Below, in pieces: positions 1 to 11,908 of a stretch of DNA of 45,057 nt. Source of the stretch: Ancylonema sp. (lineage: Eukaryota). The notes beneath the pieces are model-generated. The model did not search any database, was not told where the DNA came from, and worked only from the letters and a program-made list of their open reading frames with translations. The position numbers were made by a program, and so were the translations under genes. Position 1 is the stretch's first letter, and every line of letters starts with the position of its first letter. The stretch spans positions 1 through 45,057 of the forward strand of contig JBFLGF010000179.1 of assembly GCA_050230475.1 (NCBI GenBank). Direction: 5' to 3'.

Positions 1-2190
1 CTGAAGAAGTTCAGGTGAGGGGAACGGAGGGGGGGAGGGAGGGAGGGGGGGGGAGGGGGAGGGGTGGATGGGGGGTACTCGGAAGGGGGGTGGGGTGATG
101 GAAGCAAAGCGAGCGCTACACTCGAATGTGATTCAGGGGAGGAGGAGAAAGGCAGAGGAGGAGGGGGTGAGGGGGAGGAGGGAATGGGAGGGGGGCTTTT
201 TTTTAAAGGAAGGGATCACATTTGTTAGGTGGGGAAAGAAGTGTACATACGTGGTGGAGGGGGAGAAGTGGAGAATGGAGAAGGGTTTCGTCATAGGGTT
301 TAGGGTTTAGGGTTTAGGGTATAGGGGACAGGTGACAGGGGGAAAGGGATGGGATTTCAAGCGGGAGTACAAATCCTTTTTTTGGGGGAGACTCATTTTG
401 TTTGGAGATAGAAAATATCTGATCTGAATGCGAGTCTTTGGGGTGAATGCAGATGGCGACAGGTGGCGAGGTGGAGGAGGTGGAGGTGGAGGAGGTGGCA
501 GTGCCAGGTGGCAAGAGGAGGAGGAAGGAGAAGACGGTGGGAGCAGGTGGGGGGCTGGGGGACCAATGAGAGAGAGCTAGGTTTGGAGATAGGGAATTAC
601 GATATGTGCAAAATGATAAGGGTGGGATTGAGGAGAAAGGAATGGGACGCTTGGTACCCTTCTTTTCCCGAATGGTTTGAAGATGTCCATTATTTTATTT
701 TTTGTTTTTTTAATAATGTGATGGGTGGGTGGGGGTTGTGGCAGGTGCGGTAAAGAAGATGAAGCTATTAGAGCCGGGGGCTTTCAGAGACGAGGAGAAC
801 TACGTCAGCGGGGTGCCACGCAACAGAGTCAGTGTCAATCACATCGTATTGTGTATTGTATCTTTGCATCAATTTTCTGTTTGCCTTACTGGTACCTCTT
901 GTTTCCATTTTTATCTTTCATAAACATTTCAAGGCCGCTTTAATAACTTTTTTTTCTTATTTTTCCATTTTTTTCTTTGCTGTTGCATCGCGTTGTTTGT
1001 ATATTGATTATCAAGTTTTAATCAGAAGGACAGGGGAGACGATGGTGTTTAGAAAAGGAGAGGAACGCTAAGCTGCACAGTAGCAGCTGTGATAGTTTTA
1101 GGGCTGCAAGAGGAAGAAGTGAAAACAAGAAAGCTATTTCTGAGTTGCTGATCAGGTATCCTTTGGCTGGTTTGGGGGGGTTCAGTTTTCGGAACGGGGT
1201 CTGGCGGTGGGTGGTGGCGCGGCTGGGGGGAGGATGGGGGAGAGCTTTGGAACCAGCAGGTGGGAATCTGGAATAAATGGAATGGAGGCTTTGGACCCAG
1301 TCGGGTTTAAGGTTTTAGGCTTCACTGCCGGAAGCTGATAGTTGAGGGTTACGGGCTAGTAGGTTTCAGGGATTTCAAGGTCCAGAATTTCGAGGTCTCG
1401 AATCTGTTGGGAGAGCAAAGTACTCATTCTGATTGGTTCTAGTCCGGTTGTGGGTTTCTGGCTGTTGTGGGTGGGGGCTGGGGGCTGGGGGCTGGGGCAT
1501 GGGGGATGGGGGGTGGGGGGTGGGTGGGGGTTGCAGATTAGATGCAGAAGTTTTGGATTTAGTCCCAGAAGACGCTGAGGGGCTTCAAAAAAAGAGATCA
1601 ACGTATCAGTGGGATAAGGTACGGAAGAGGGGGGGGGGAGTGGGATGGGATGGAGGGGATTTGGGGAATGGGTGTTGGGAATACAGTTGTTGATGGCTGG
1701 GGGAGTGGTGGGTGGGGGTTTTGGTGCAGAAATCGAAAAAGTATGTGAAATTGAATGCAGGCGAAAAAATGGGCGCCAATGGGAAGGTAATGTACATATA
1801 CACAGTGCTTGGTTCACATAAAAAGATGGTTCTTCATACGCAACAAGGGTATTACCTATACACACAATCGTTATTATTTTGTTCCTTATACAAAGTCGAA
1901 TATGTATAAGAACATTTCATCGCAATCTGTCTACTCCCGAAATCGCTCCGAAATTGCCCCGAAATCGCCTCGATTTTTCGGGATGCATGTGATCTAAAAA
2001 CGCAAATGTTCTTTATTTTACCCCCTCTCAACAGATAAAGACGGAGAATGGTGCTAAAGTGAATGCGGGTAACCGGGGGTTATACAAGAAATGGGCGGAG
2101 AGAACGCATATGCGGGTGGCAACCCAGGGGGAGGAGACGAGGTGGGGGAGGGGAGGTGAGATATCTACCCTAGGGGGGAGGGGGAAGTGA
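1..2190 (+). CDS. RH29: 3' part of DEAD-box RNA helicase DDX54/DBP10/RH29-like (DBP10CT region), 5'-truncated by the window
   Basis: Phase-consistent GT-AG exons <1-14, 453-546, 745-827, 1186-1259, 1537-1618, 1730-1786 and 2035-2190 give ...AFRDEENYVSGVPRNR FSERGLAVG..SFGTSRLDAEVLDLVPEDAEGLQKKRSTYQWDKKSKKYVKLNAGEKMGANGKIKTENGAKV..GLYKKWAERT. This matches the plant RH29/DBP10 C-terminus as I recall it (FKDEE..I.S.P.N, RLDAAVLDL, WDKK.KKYIKL, GKIKTESG). The in-frame TGA at 2188-2190 overlaps a possible gtgagt donor, so the true 3' end is uncertain. Confidence 0.88.
294..325 (+). repeat. Interstitial plant-type telomeric repeat (TTTAGGG) x~4 in a helicase intron
   Basis: tagggtt-tagggtt-tagggtt-tagggta-tagg read directly from the sequence. 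Confidence 0.85.
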
Positions 2191-3997
2191 GTGGATTTGG
2201 TTACGGAAGTCGGGAAAACAACAAATTTGGACAAGGTGTACAGCCTTGTACGTGAAAATTTTCGCACTCTTAGGTCGGAGCACGTCGGAGTTAACTTTAG
2301 ACTGGTCATGGTGAAATAATTGCTTGTTTTTAAGACACGATAAATACCTCAAAGGAACTTTGTAGTCTTCCATGTTTCTTGAGCCGTAATCTTTATGTGA
2401 CCGATCCCGAAATATGTGGGTCGCATGAGGCTGTTCTCATGCTATTACTTCTAGGAAAGGAAGGAAATAGGACTTGTGATTCACTCTCATAAGAATTTAC
2501 CAACATCTACTAGATGAATACAAGCATGGATGTGGAGTTGGCTTTCATCGGGAGTCGTGTTTTTTGTTATAAAAACCTTGGAAGTGGTGCCTGTTAGTTG
2601 GTGACGCATGCAAGTTTGTGCAATCGCCACGCACGAGGAGATGAAGAAGCACACACTTTTCGAACGAAATTCTTGTTCATAACCCACAAAGAAAAGTGAG
2701 AGCCTTTGGTCTACCATACATACATCATTCAATGCAGCATTTTCAAGTTATCAAAGCGACCGACTGTACTAGATAAAGCTCGCAACAATACGCATCTAAA
2801 CGCAAACTGGGCGTATAGAGAAGTTGTAGGTTTGCTTGGTCTGCTAGGTGGCGATCTAGAATACATGGTATCTGCTAACGATCATTTTGCAATCCAAAAT
2901 CCACTTGCTTGCTCGCTTCGCCGTATGACACCTAAACTATGTGCACAACATGCCCATAGAAGATCCTCCGCACTCTCTTTACTCATTCGTTCCACACTCC
3001 GGAAAAGGTTGTGTGCTTTAAATCTCCGGCGGCAATACCACAATTTAGACGGCTGTAGCAGCCGAACTCAGAACGTGTACACACGCTCTGCGTCTTCTCT
3101 GTGCATTGACGCGGATCCGAGTCGGATCCGAGTCGGATCCGTCGGATCGTCCGACGACTCATCGGCGACGGTCGTGCGAAGACCTGCTTTTAAAGTGGGC
3201 CCACGAGGCCCTCGCGAGGTTAGGTTAGAGCAAAAGGAGTTAAACGACGAAGACACGTCAATCATTGACCCTACATTGGCATCACGGACCCTACATGGGG
3301 TCATGGTTTTGTCGTCATTCTCTTTCGTCACGAACACTAGTGGCCAACGTAACGTTCCAAAGTAACCGACAGACGAACCGACTGGCCCGGACAAAGTTTT
3401 ATGGGATGGCGCTGGCTTAAGATGGCTTTAGATGGCTTTAGATGGCTTTATATTTTATTTTATTTTTATTTTATTTTTCCCGGGTTTTTGGCTTTAGATG
3501 CTTTAGATGTCCGTTTGGACCAAATCTCCAAGAATCCGGGGCGCCGTGATCGGCGCAACAATCGCCTGCATGCCGAACTACGTTGTAAAGGTGAACGATC
3601 GGCTTTAACGCGTTGCACGACACACGCACGATCGTCGACTTTAACCTTGCGCATGAACCGCTGGTCTCCGGAAAGCACGGGCGCTGCACGGCAACTAAAG
3701 GTAGCACCACTCAAATCTAAATCAAATCTTCTCGATCTTCTCGATCTGACGACGCAAATATCCGAGGGTGGGACACCTGTTGGGGGAAGGAGACGGTAAA
3801 CTAACGACATTATACACTGGCACTGCAGTCTATGTTCTGCACTGAGCTGCTTTGCCTCGCGATACCCGATTGATGCGAGAGGCTGATATGATAAGAAATG
3901 CCTCAGGGTATGACTCGCATGCACCGCTTGTAGCCACCACTACTAATATTCAATCATAGCATCCCGGTCCAGGTTCGATCCACGAGAAGACAAACAC

Positions 3998-6771
3998 ATG
4001 GTAGGTCAGGGGACAGGCCGACCGTGGTCTCGTTACGGCACGTCTTCTCTCCAAATACCCGAATTTTCCCTCGTTCGTGCGGGAGGGAGTCTCGATTTCT
4101 CTTCCGCAACAACTCCCACCCCTCCAGAGTCCCCTGGGAACTTCGATTATTCTCCACGCAAGCCGTTAGTGAGGGCAGGGAGCAAGCCACGGATATCGCC
4201 AACAGCACGTTCCTCTCGACAATTCGGCAGAGGATCGGAGAAGGAAGAGATTCGGGGCTGGGATGATGAAGATGCTGTGGAGTATGCGACACCGAGTGTT
4301 AGAGTGGCTGACGTGTCACACTCCGTGGATCACTCGGCGCAGGGCAATGATGACGATACGTTCGATGTCAATATTCCTCTAGCTTGTTCATTGAGACGCC
4401 TCGCGGAGGCTGGGGCGGACCTGTACCCTCGTCTTGATACGAACTCCCCACCCGAGCCCTCCGCAAATCTCGGCCCAGCGCAAGGGCTGCAAAATCCGGA
4501 TCGCGACCAATTCACGCGTCACATTTTCACGCAGCAGTACGAATCGGTGACTGTCCGGTATAGCATGCAGCAGGTTCTTGGCACGGGGGCCATGGGCGAA
4601 GTCTGGAAGTGTGTGGGGCGGGAGGATGGGCGCAAGTGGGCGTGCAAAACAATCCAGAAGGCTCGGCTTCAGTCTTCCGAGGACGTGGAGGCGCTTCGGA
4701 ATGAGGTGGCAGTCATGCTGGAGCTGGCGGACCATACTGCTGTCGTCGGATTGCATGACGTGGTCGAAGATGAAGAGGTACGACAGCTGTCACCTGAATA
4801 ATGTACAGTGAAAGAGCAGCAGAAGTTGAGGAGCTGCTTTCTCATCAGACACTAAGGACCTCCTTCACAAAACAAATTAGAATAAGTAAAGGGGAATAAG
4901 TATGAATGGCAGAATAGCAGTGGGCAATATGGCAGTGGCAGAAAAAAAAAATCACCTGAATGCAGAAGCAGTTTAAAGGCAGAAAGGCAAAATGTCCGAG
5001 AGACAGAATGGCAGAATGTCATAATGTCAGAATGGCAGAACGGCAAGAATGTCAGGAGGCAGGGAGGAGGGTGGAAGGAAGGTGGAGAAATGGGAAAGTG
5101 GGACATAAGCGTAGATGGCAGGAAGATCGGGGTTGCATGGCAATAGACTGGGAAATGGGAAATGGGAAATGGGAAATGAAGCATGGCAGAAAAACTGCAC
5201 GTTTTCCATGGGCTGGTATTCCATCGTCATATGAACACACACAACTCATCTGTAAAATGCTGCATTTTAACATAGACATGTTTTTGTGATGTGGCTTCGC
5301 CAATATTTTGCAGTGCTGCATACACATAGCCACATTCAGAAACCACCTTTTCTTTTTCCTTTTTTTTAATGTATATAAAATCTCTTGTCCTCATGTCCTC
5401 ATGTCCTCATGTCTTCATGTCCTCGTGTCCTCATGTCCTCATATTCCCTTCCTCCACCTTCCCCCTGTGAGCAGAGTGTGAATCTGGTGATGGAGCTGTG
5501 TGAGGGAGGTGACTTGTACGACTCCATCTTGAGAAAGCGGCGATACTCCGAAGCAGATTCTGCTTGCGTCATTCGGTCCATCATCTCAGTCATTCATTTC
5601 ATGCAGGCCAACGAAATCATGCACAGAGATCTCAAGCCCGAGAACGTGGTTTTGAGGTCCACCGAATCAGATACGTCTGTGTGTGTCATCGACTTTGGAC
5701 AGGCTGCAAGCTTCACAAGGGGTAGGTCGGCTGGGCGGGGCGGGTGGGGTGGGTGTAGAAGGAATGTGGATGGGACAGGCTGGACACATTCGGCATGTGA
5801 TATGCGATATACATGTGCCAAATATGGGAATTTAGCTCACATTGCTCTCAGTATAATATATTTGGAGGCCATGTACCCTTCTCTATTTCGAAATCAGACA
5901 AAATACAAAAAGAAGCGGCATCTCAAAACCTACCCGCCTCTCAACAAACAAAACAATCAATCATGAAAAACTCTACCTATATGAGCTTCAGTCTAACCTC
6001 CTCCCTTCCTCCCCCCTTGTGCTCCAGGCAAGTCACTCAGCGCTTTATTCGGTTCCACTTATTATGTCGCCCCAGAAGTGCTCAAAAAAAACTATGGCCC
6101 AGAAGCCGACATGTGGAGCGCAGGTGTCATTCTTTACGCGATGCTCTCCGGGAGCCCCCCCTTTTGGGCGGAGGACCGACATTGTGTGAGGGAGAAAATT
6201 ATGTCGGGGAGATATGATTTGGAGGGGGGACCGTGGAGACGGATATCCGGGGATGCCAAGGACTTGGTGCTGAGATTGTTGTGCATGGATGCGAGGGAGA
6301 GGATAACGCCGATACAAGCCAAAAGTGAGTATGAAACGTATGGATAGGAAGGCCACAACTCCACCCCAAACACCACCACACTCTGAGCACAGTTCAGAAT
6401 TCTATGTACAGGGAGGGGTATGCAGTGTACTAAAACACGCAATTACCACTCAGTTTGTCATTCAGCTTTCCAAGGAAGTCCTGCAAGTTTGACTAGACTA
6501 GGCTGACCTGACAATGATCTCTCCTATACTTGTGCTGACTCAGCCTTTTTTTGTCATTCCAGGACATCCATGGATTCTCCGCCACTGCATCCCCCACTCC
6601 CCACGTGTATCACTCCAAGACAAAATCTCCACCCTTCCCTCGCCTTGCTCCGTACTCGAGTCCCTCACCTTGCAAGACCAACAAGTGTGGTCACAAAAAC
6701 GAACGAAAATAAACTCTCCACGAAGGAAAGGCGCACCACCACTCTCCCCTCCACTCAGCCCATTCCCGTGA
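3998..6771 (+). CDS. CDPK-family (CDPK/PEPRK-like) Ser/Thr kinase without EF-hands, tandem copy 1
   Basis: Exons 3998-4777, 5475-5721, 6028-6324 and 6563-6771. Motifs: LGTGAMGEV, WACK, VMELCEGG, HRDLKPEN, DFG, GSTYYVAPE, YGPEADMWSAGV, PPFWAE and HPWI, followed by a short S/P-rich tail and stop. Confidence 0.9.
5386..5442 (+). repeat. (TGTCCTCA)n 8-bp microsatellite, ~7 copies, in intron 1 of kinase copy 1
   Basis: Read directly from the sequence. It explains the spurious MSSCPHVLMSSC translation. Confidence 0.9.
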
Positions 6772-7199
6772 TCGAAGGGGTGAAGCATAGCTCCTTGACA
6801 GATTTCATGCGTGTGACCCACCAAGGCTAGCAATCGGAACTTATGGAAGGGTGCGACCCACACAAAATAAACGGTCGATTTTACCATATTTATTGCAATG
6901 TAATTCATGATCATGTTTGATCTTCGAGCTTAGTGTTGAGATGTACATGTACAAATGCATGGATGTAGAAAGATACTAGTCATCAAGGAGCCACACTTAC
7001 TCCGCACTGCTTGGCATGAGAAGGTATTCATGTTATGGGATAGTAGAATAGGTCGATGTTCTACAATGCCATTGCGTACATTTTAAGCCACTTCGTTCTA
7101 AGCCTTATAGAAAATATCTCAATGCTGGTTGTTTTCGGTCGTCGAATGCTTTTGTAATGAGTTAACTTGTGGTTTAGGACTTCATTCTTGTCTTACGGC

Positions 7200-9200
7200 A
7201 GCAACAACTTTCGATATTTCCTAGAGCTTCTCCAAGGAAGGTAACAATTGATGCACAAGGCTCTTGAGCTTTTTCATTGACACAACACAAGTCACATTGA
7301 CGTCATAGAAAAATATGAAGCGATACGCATGCGCGAATTGTAATAAAAGAATTAGCTAGAACAAATCGCCCAAACTCTTTGTCTCAATCATACTCTCGAC
7401 TACTCGAACCCATGACAAGTTTTGTCCGAACCTGTGTCGTTCCTATGCATCACACTTTCCTTTTTGGTGTGTCCAATCATGTGCGTAGTCTACTTCATTG
7501 GTGAGCTTAAACGTGCGATTATTTCTTTTCGTAAGGCTTCTCAAATAGTAAAACCGAATCACAATTCATACATAAGAGTTTGTTAATTCGCAAAGAAGCA
7601 ATAACAATCCAAGTGGTGTATAGCCACCGTGAGCTAGACTAGCATAGTAGAAAACGATACATAGATTTAAAATCAATGTGCATGCAAACTATATGACTCC
7701 CAATCGTGCCAGCTCTATCGCCATCGCAAGGCATGTTATTGTCTTTCGACTCGCCGTACCAAAAATTACAACCAAACACCAAACACCAAACACCAAACAC
7801 CAACACCCGACACCAAATACCAAACACCAAACACCAAACATAACACACCAAACACCAAACACCAAACACCAAACACCAAACACCAAACACCAAACACCAA
7901 ACACCAGACACCAAGATCTAAAAATAAGAGCATCCTCTCCGACGGTCCAATGTGACGCATCACACATCACGCATCGGGAGGCTTTCCCAAACTCCCTCAG
8001 AGCCTTTACAAATGCGTCCAAGCATCGGTATAAAAGAACCAATCCGACCCATCCTGTGACTGGACTTGGTTAGTTAATCGAAAGCTTAGGTGTGGAGTAG
8101 ACAACGTGGATTGTCGTGGCCCAAGACTCGTGGGCCTTGTGCGCAACTACCCCTCGAGCAATGTTGTCCCATTCCTCTATATTCCTCAAAACGGCATCGA
8201 AATCAGATTTGAGGAAGTCCACCTCAAGTGAGGGAGAGCCGAACCGGGTTGACCACACCAAGCTTGGCCAATTTAAGGAGGATTATTTCCGATCTCGCCA
8301 TTTCCGAGTGAGTGTGGGTTGTCCAACAAGGGCGTCATGCTCGGTGAATGTTCAATTGAATTTACCCTCAACGGTCATCTCATATGTATGACACATGCTG
8401 ATGTCGTGCGCGATACGTTCGTTGTACTAGTTCTTACTTCGTTGAACGCTAAGCCCTAATTCTAAGTCGATCCGACATTTAGATCGATATGCATCCCGAC
8501 TGTCGATGAGATCGATGCGTCGCTGAGTGGATGTGACCATGCAAGTATCCACTTTTCTAGATTTGCTAGTCACCAATAAGTCGAATGTCATCCACCAAGT
8601 TGTGAGGTGACAAGTTGAGCGAAGAGTGAAATCCAATATGATGCACGTCTCTTCACGCACTCTCGCGAGAGTTGCACTCAATGAGACATGACAACACCTG
8701 CTATGTAGTGTCTTGCCCGTTGTGAATGTTCTTACAGGTGTCGCTCGAGTGCTGCTAAGATCCGCTTTCAGAGCGATCCACACACTGTCGGTCTGCCTCG
8801 AGTGATCTCTTGTCGTCAAGCTAGGGGCTGCCCGCAGTGGTGTGATAGACATGACGATGAGTCGAGATGAGATGCAAATGTATGTCGACATGTTGCGAGC
8901 ATGAATGTTTGCCGACATGCTATATTAAATGCATTAAAGTGTGTGTACAAGTACATGTGCACGATCTAATTTAGCACGTTAATGTTGTTTGACACATAGG
9001 GACGATAGTTGGCTCCATCTCGATCACGAGGAATGTCTTGACGACTTTTGCAAGTGCCGATCCCCCCTCGGGATGGGCGACCCAAACCGGGTTCGGGAAG
9101 AAGTTGCAAATGGGTTTTTGTAGTCCCCGACCAAACCACCACATTCAGAGTTGGCCACAATGCCAGCCTTGAGTACTTTTTCTCACGTGCTTCGCACGTG
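7200..9200 (-). mobile_element. Degenerate DIRS/VIPER-like (tyrosine-recombinase class) retroelement relic: RT-RNaseH-methyltransferase-like remnants
   Basis: Minus-strand motif remnants in the expected order, across frameshifts and stops: RLALWP (~9160), VDDIRLIG (8572-8595), VGMHIDL (8480-8500), GKFN* (8352-8366), FYTDA (8021-8035), VCMHID (7672-7689), FYYLRS..D..HDW (~7470-7555), GDLF (7359-7370) and YLPW (~7232). Boundaries are unknown. Confidence 0.5.
7771..7914 (+). repeat. (CACCAAA)n 7-bp satellite, ~20 copies
   Basis: Read directly from the sequence. It produces the KHQTPNT / VFGVWCL pseudo-ORFs. Confidence 0.95.
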
Positions 9201-9983
9201 CTTGGAGTTTCCACGTTGAATTGTGTACCCGTGCGGACATCCGGTGTTGGTAGATCGGATGGATGCGAGAACGCGTTCACTTGTGTCCGTGGTGTGGGAA
9301 CACAGATTCAGTTGCAGGGCAGCTGAACCGCACAGACACCTGGGCACAGACATGCGCTCTTTGTGCAGACAAGCACATGTGATTTGCACAGTCAGAAACA
9401 GTTTGCGACGATCCTGGTGAACACCAAGGCTCACCATGAATGTGGGGCTGGATGATGACGACATCGTCAACGCTTCCAGCAAATGTCCACTTGCGACGAG
9501 CGAGTACATGACCGGAAATACTTAGGTCAATCCTACGGTTCTCCGCAATGAAGGATGTTGAGTGGACCGTGAAAGCATTCGTCCGTAGATCTGACGGCTC
9601 GAAATAGGATTCTGGTTGAGCTGGAGACGGCAATTGTTGGCTGCCCTGCTGTCACGTCGAGGGCACGTTCTCAAGGAATTGTTGCTCTCAGATAACGTCA
9701 GGAACGATTCTATTCTGAGGAATATGCGTAAAGTCAGCGCTCTGGCACGGGGATACAGGAGTTGAATAGACGTAGGGCCGTTTGCACAGGAATCAGCGAA
9801 ACAGTGTTAGGCTCGGCTTTGGAGGGTACGTTTTGCAAACCACAGCACTCACTATCTGTTCTCCCCCTTCGTCTTCCTGTGTTTTCAGATTAGCTGGCGC
9901 AATTATTCAACTTTGAATGAGCTAATCCCAATAGTCCAGTTTCTGTATGATCACCCGGTTCATTCACAGATTCATAGTTCGCA

Positions 9984-11908
9984 ATGCCTCGCAGTTGCAG
10001 CTTTACTGTGTCCAATAATGACAGGGATCAATGCATCACCCGTTTTGTACACATTCCCGCATCACCACCTTCCGAGTCCATCAGAGAGCGCCTCAGGCAC
10101 AATCGGGCCTCCCCTAGAAAGTTGCTCCTAGGCGCCGGTGGAAGTCTCGAGTTCTCCCACCTTCCGATCTCCACACCTCCTGAATCACCCTGTAGTTTCC
10201 AGGGCTCCCCTCGACCCCCTTTGATCCGCGAAAAGCCGACCGCTCACCTCCCTGAGCGTATAGGCTCCGGCAACCTTTCTGAAGAGTCGTACATATCGGA
10301 CAGGGAAAGTCTGCTGAGAGGCTCACACAGCCCTAGCTCTACACGCAGCAGTTCAGAATGCCAGTTTGACAGATTTGCTGATCCAACTGTGTCAGCAATT
10401 TGCGCCTCGGCATATGATCCGCACACCCCTATCGCCATCCCTGTGACCTTGGCGAACTCAAACTCCCCGACATCGACTGCAGGCTCACCTCTGTCCAATG
10501 AAAGCTCCGTAGCTTCTCCTGGCCGAACACAATTCTTCCGAAGTCATCTCCCTTCGTCATTGTCAGCGACGGCGCACATCTTTCCCCTCGAATACGAAAC
10601 TATCGAATTGCGGTACGAGATCATGGAAACTCTCGGTGTAGGCGGCCTTGGAGTTGTGCGCCGGTGTATCGAGCGCAATACAGGTCTGGCATGGGCGTGC
10701 AAGACGATAAACAAGCACAATTTGCGGGACAAAAAAGACGTGGCTTCGCTGAAGAATGAGGTGGCTGCCATGCTTGAACTCATGGACCACTCTGCGGTCG
10801 TCACTCTGCATGATGTGGTGGAAGACGAAGAGGTACTCATTCCGACTCGGTATTGCTGCCCCCATTCGCTGCTCCCTGCCATCTACAAAGTAGTATGCTC
10901 ATGACGCAAAATCAGAATCATGTATCAATTGGCCGATGACTTCACAATTCCTGCACTAGGTCACGTGCGTACATCCCTTTGACTGGTTTCCACTTAAAGT
11001 CAAGGCCGTCACTAAAACTTAACGTTATGCTGTCCCTCAACTGCAGAGTGTGAATCTGGTGATGGAGTTTTGCAGCGGGGGTGAGTTATTTGAAGTCCTG
11101 GTGCGGCGTAAGAAGTTTCCGGAAGCGGAGGCTGCTCGGGTGGTGCGATCTGTGATCTCCGTCGTGCATGCCATGCACACACGTGGCATGATGCACCGCG
11201 ACCTCAAGCCAGAGAATGTGGTGCTGGCGAATGAAGACTCTGCTACAAGTGTGCGAGTGGTGGACTTTGGGCACGCAATTGGTTACAGAGCAGGTGAGCA
11301 TACATCTTTCTCTCTCTATGACTTCACAATCATGATGTATGATAGACGTGTAAGATATTGACTTCTGTTGCATCTTCTTCATTCAAAGGCAGAGCTTTCT
11401 CCTGAATGGTGTCCCGATACCCTTATGGTTGCAGGCCAAACCTTCGGCGGGTTGTATGGCTCAGCCTACTACGTCGCCCCCGAAGTCATTCTTGGCAAGT
11501 ATGGTCCAGAAGTCGATGTGTGGAGCACAGGAGTCATCCTCTATGCCCTTCTTTGTGGCCGCCCACCCTTTTGGGCCGAGGAGAGAGAGGACATTTTCAG
11601 CCTCATTCTGGCCGGAAAATTTGAGTCAGAAAAGGGACCATGGAGACGGATCTCTCATGAGGCAAAGGATCTCGTAAAGAGAATGCTGACCATCGATCCA
11701 AGGGCACGGATCACACCGTCGCAAGTCAAAAGTGAGTGGGTCCTTCATGGTGTCACTTGCTTGGTCATCTATGACATCAGAAGGTGAATGTGAACAAACA
11801 TTAGAAGGTGGTGACGTTTTCATTCTAATTTATCTTTTCCTTATTTGTGCAGAACATCCGTATATGATCCGCTACTGTGCTCCCCGCTCACATAGGATAC
11901 ACTCCTGA
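9984..11908 (+). CDS. CDPK-family kinase without EF-hands, tandem copy 2
   Basis: Exons 9984-10832, 11047-11293, 11435-11731 and 11853-11908. Intron positions and internal exon sizes (247, 297 nt) are the same as in copy 1. Motifs: LGVGGLGVV, WACK, HRDLKPEN, DFGHA, GSAYYVAPE and PPFWAE. Ends KHPYMIRYCAPRSHRIHS*. Confidence 0.9.

Noticed and set aside
7639..8073. VFGVWCL / KHQTPNT repeat ORFs
   Set aside because: These are translations of the (CACCAAA)n satellite.
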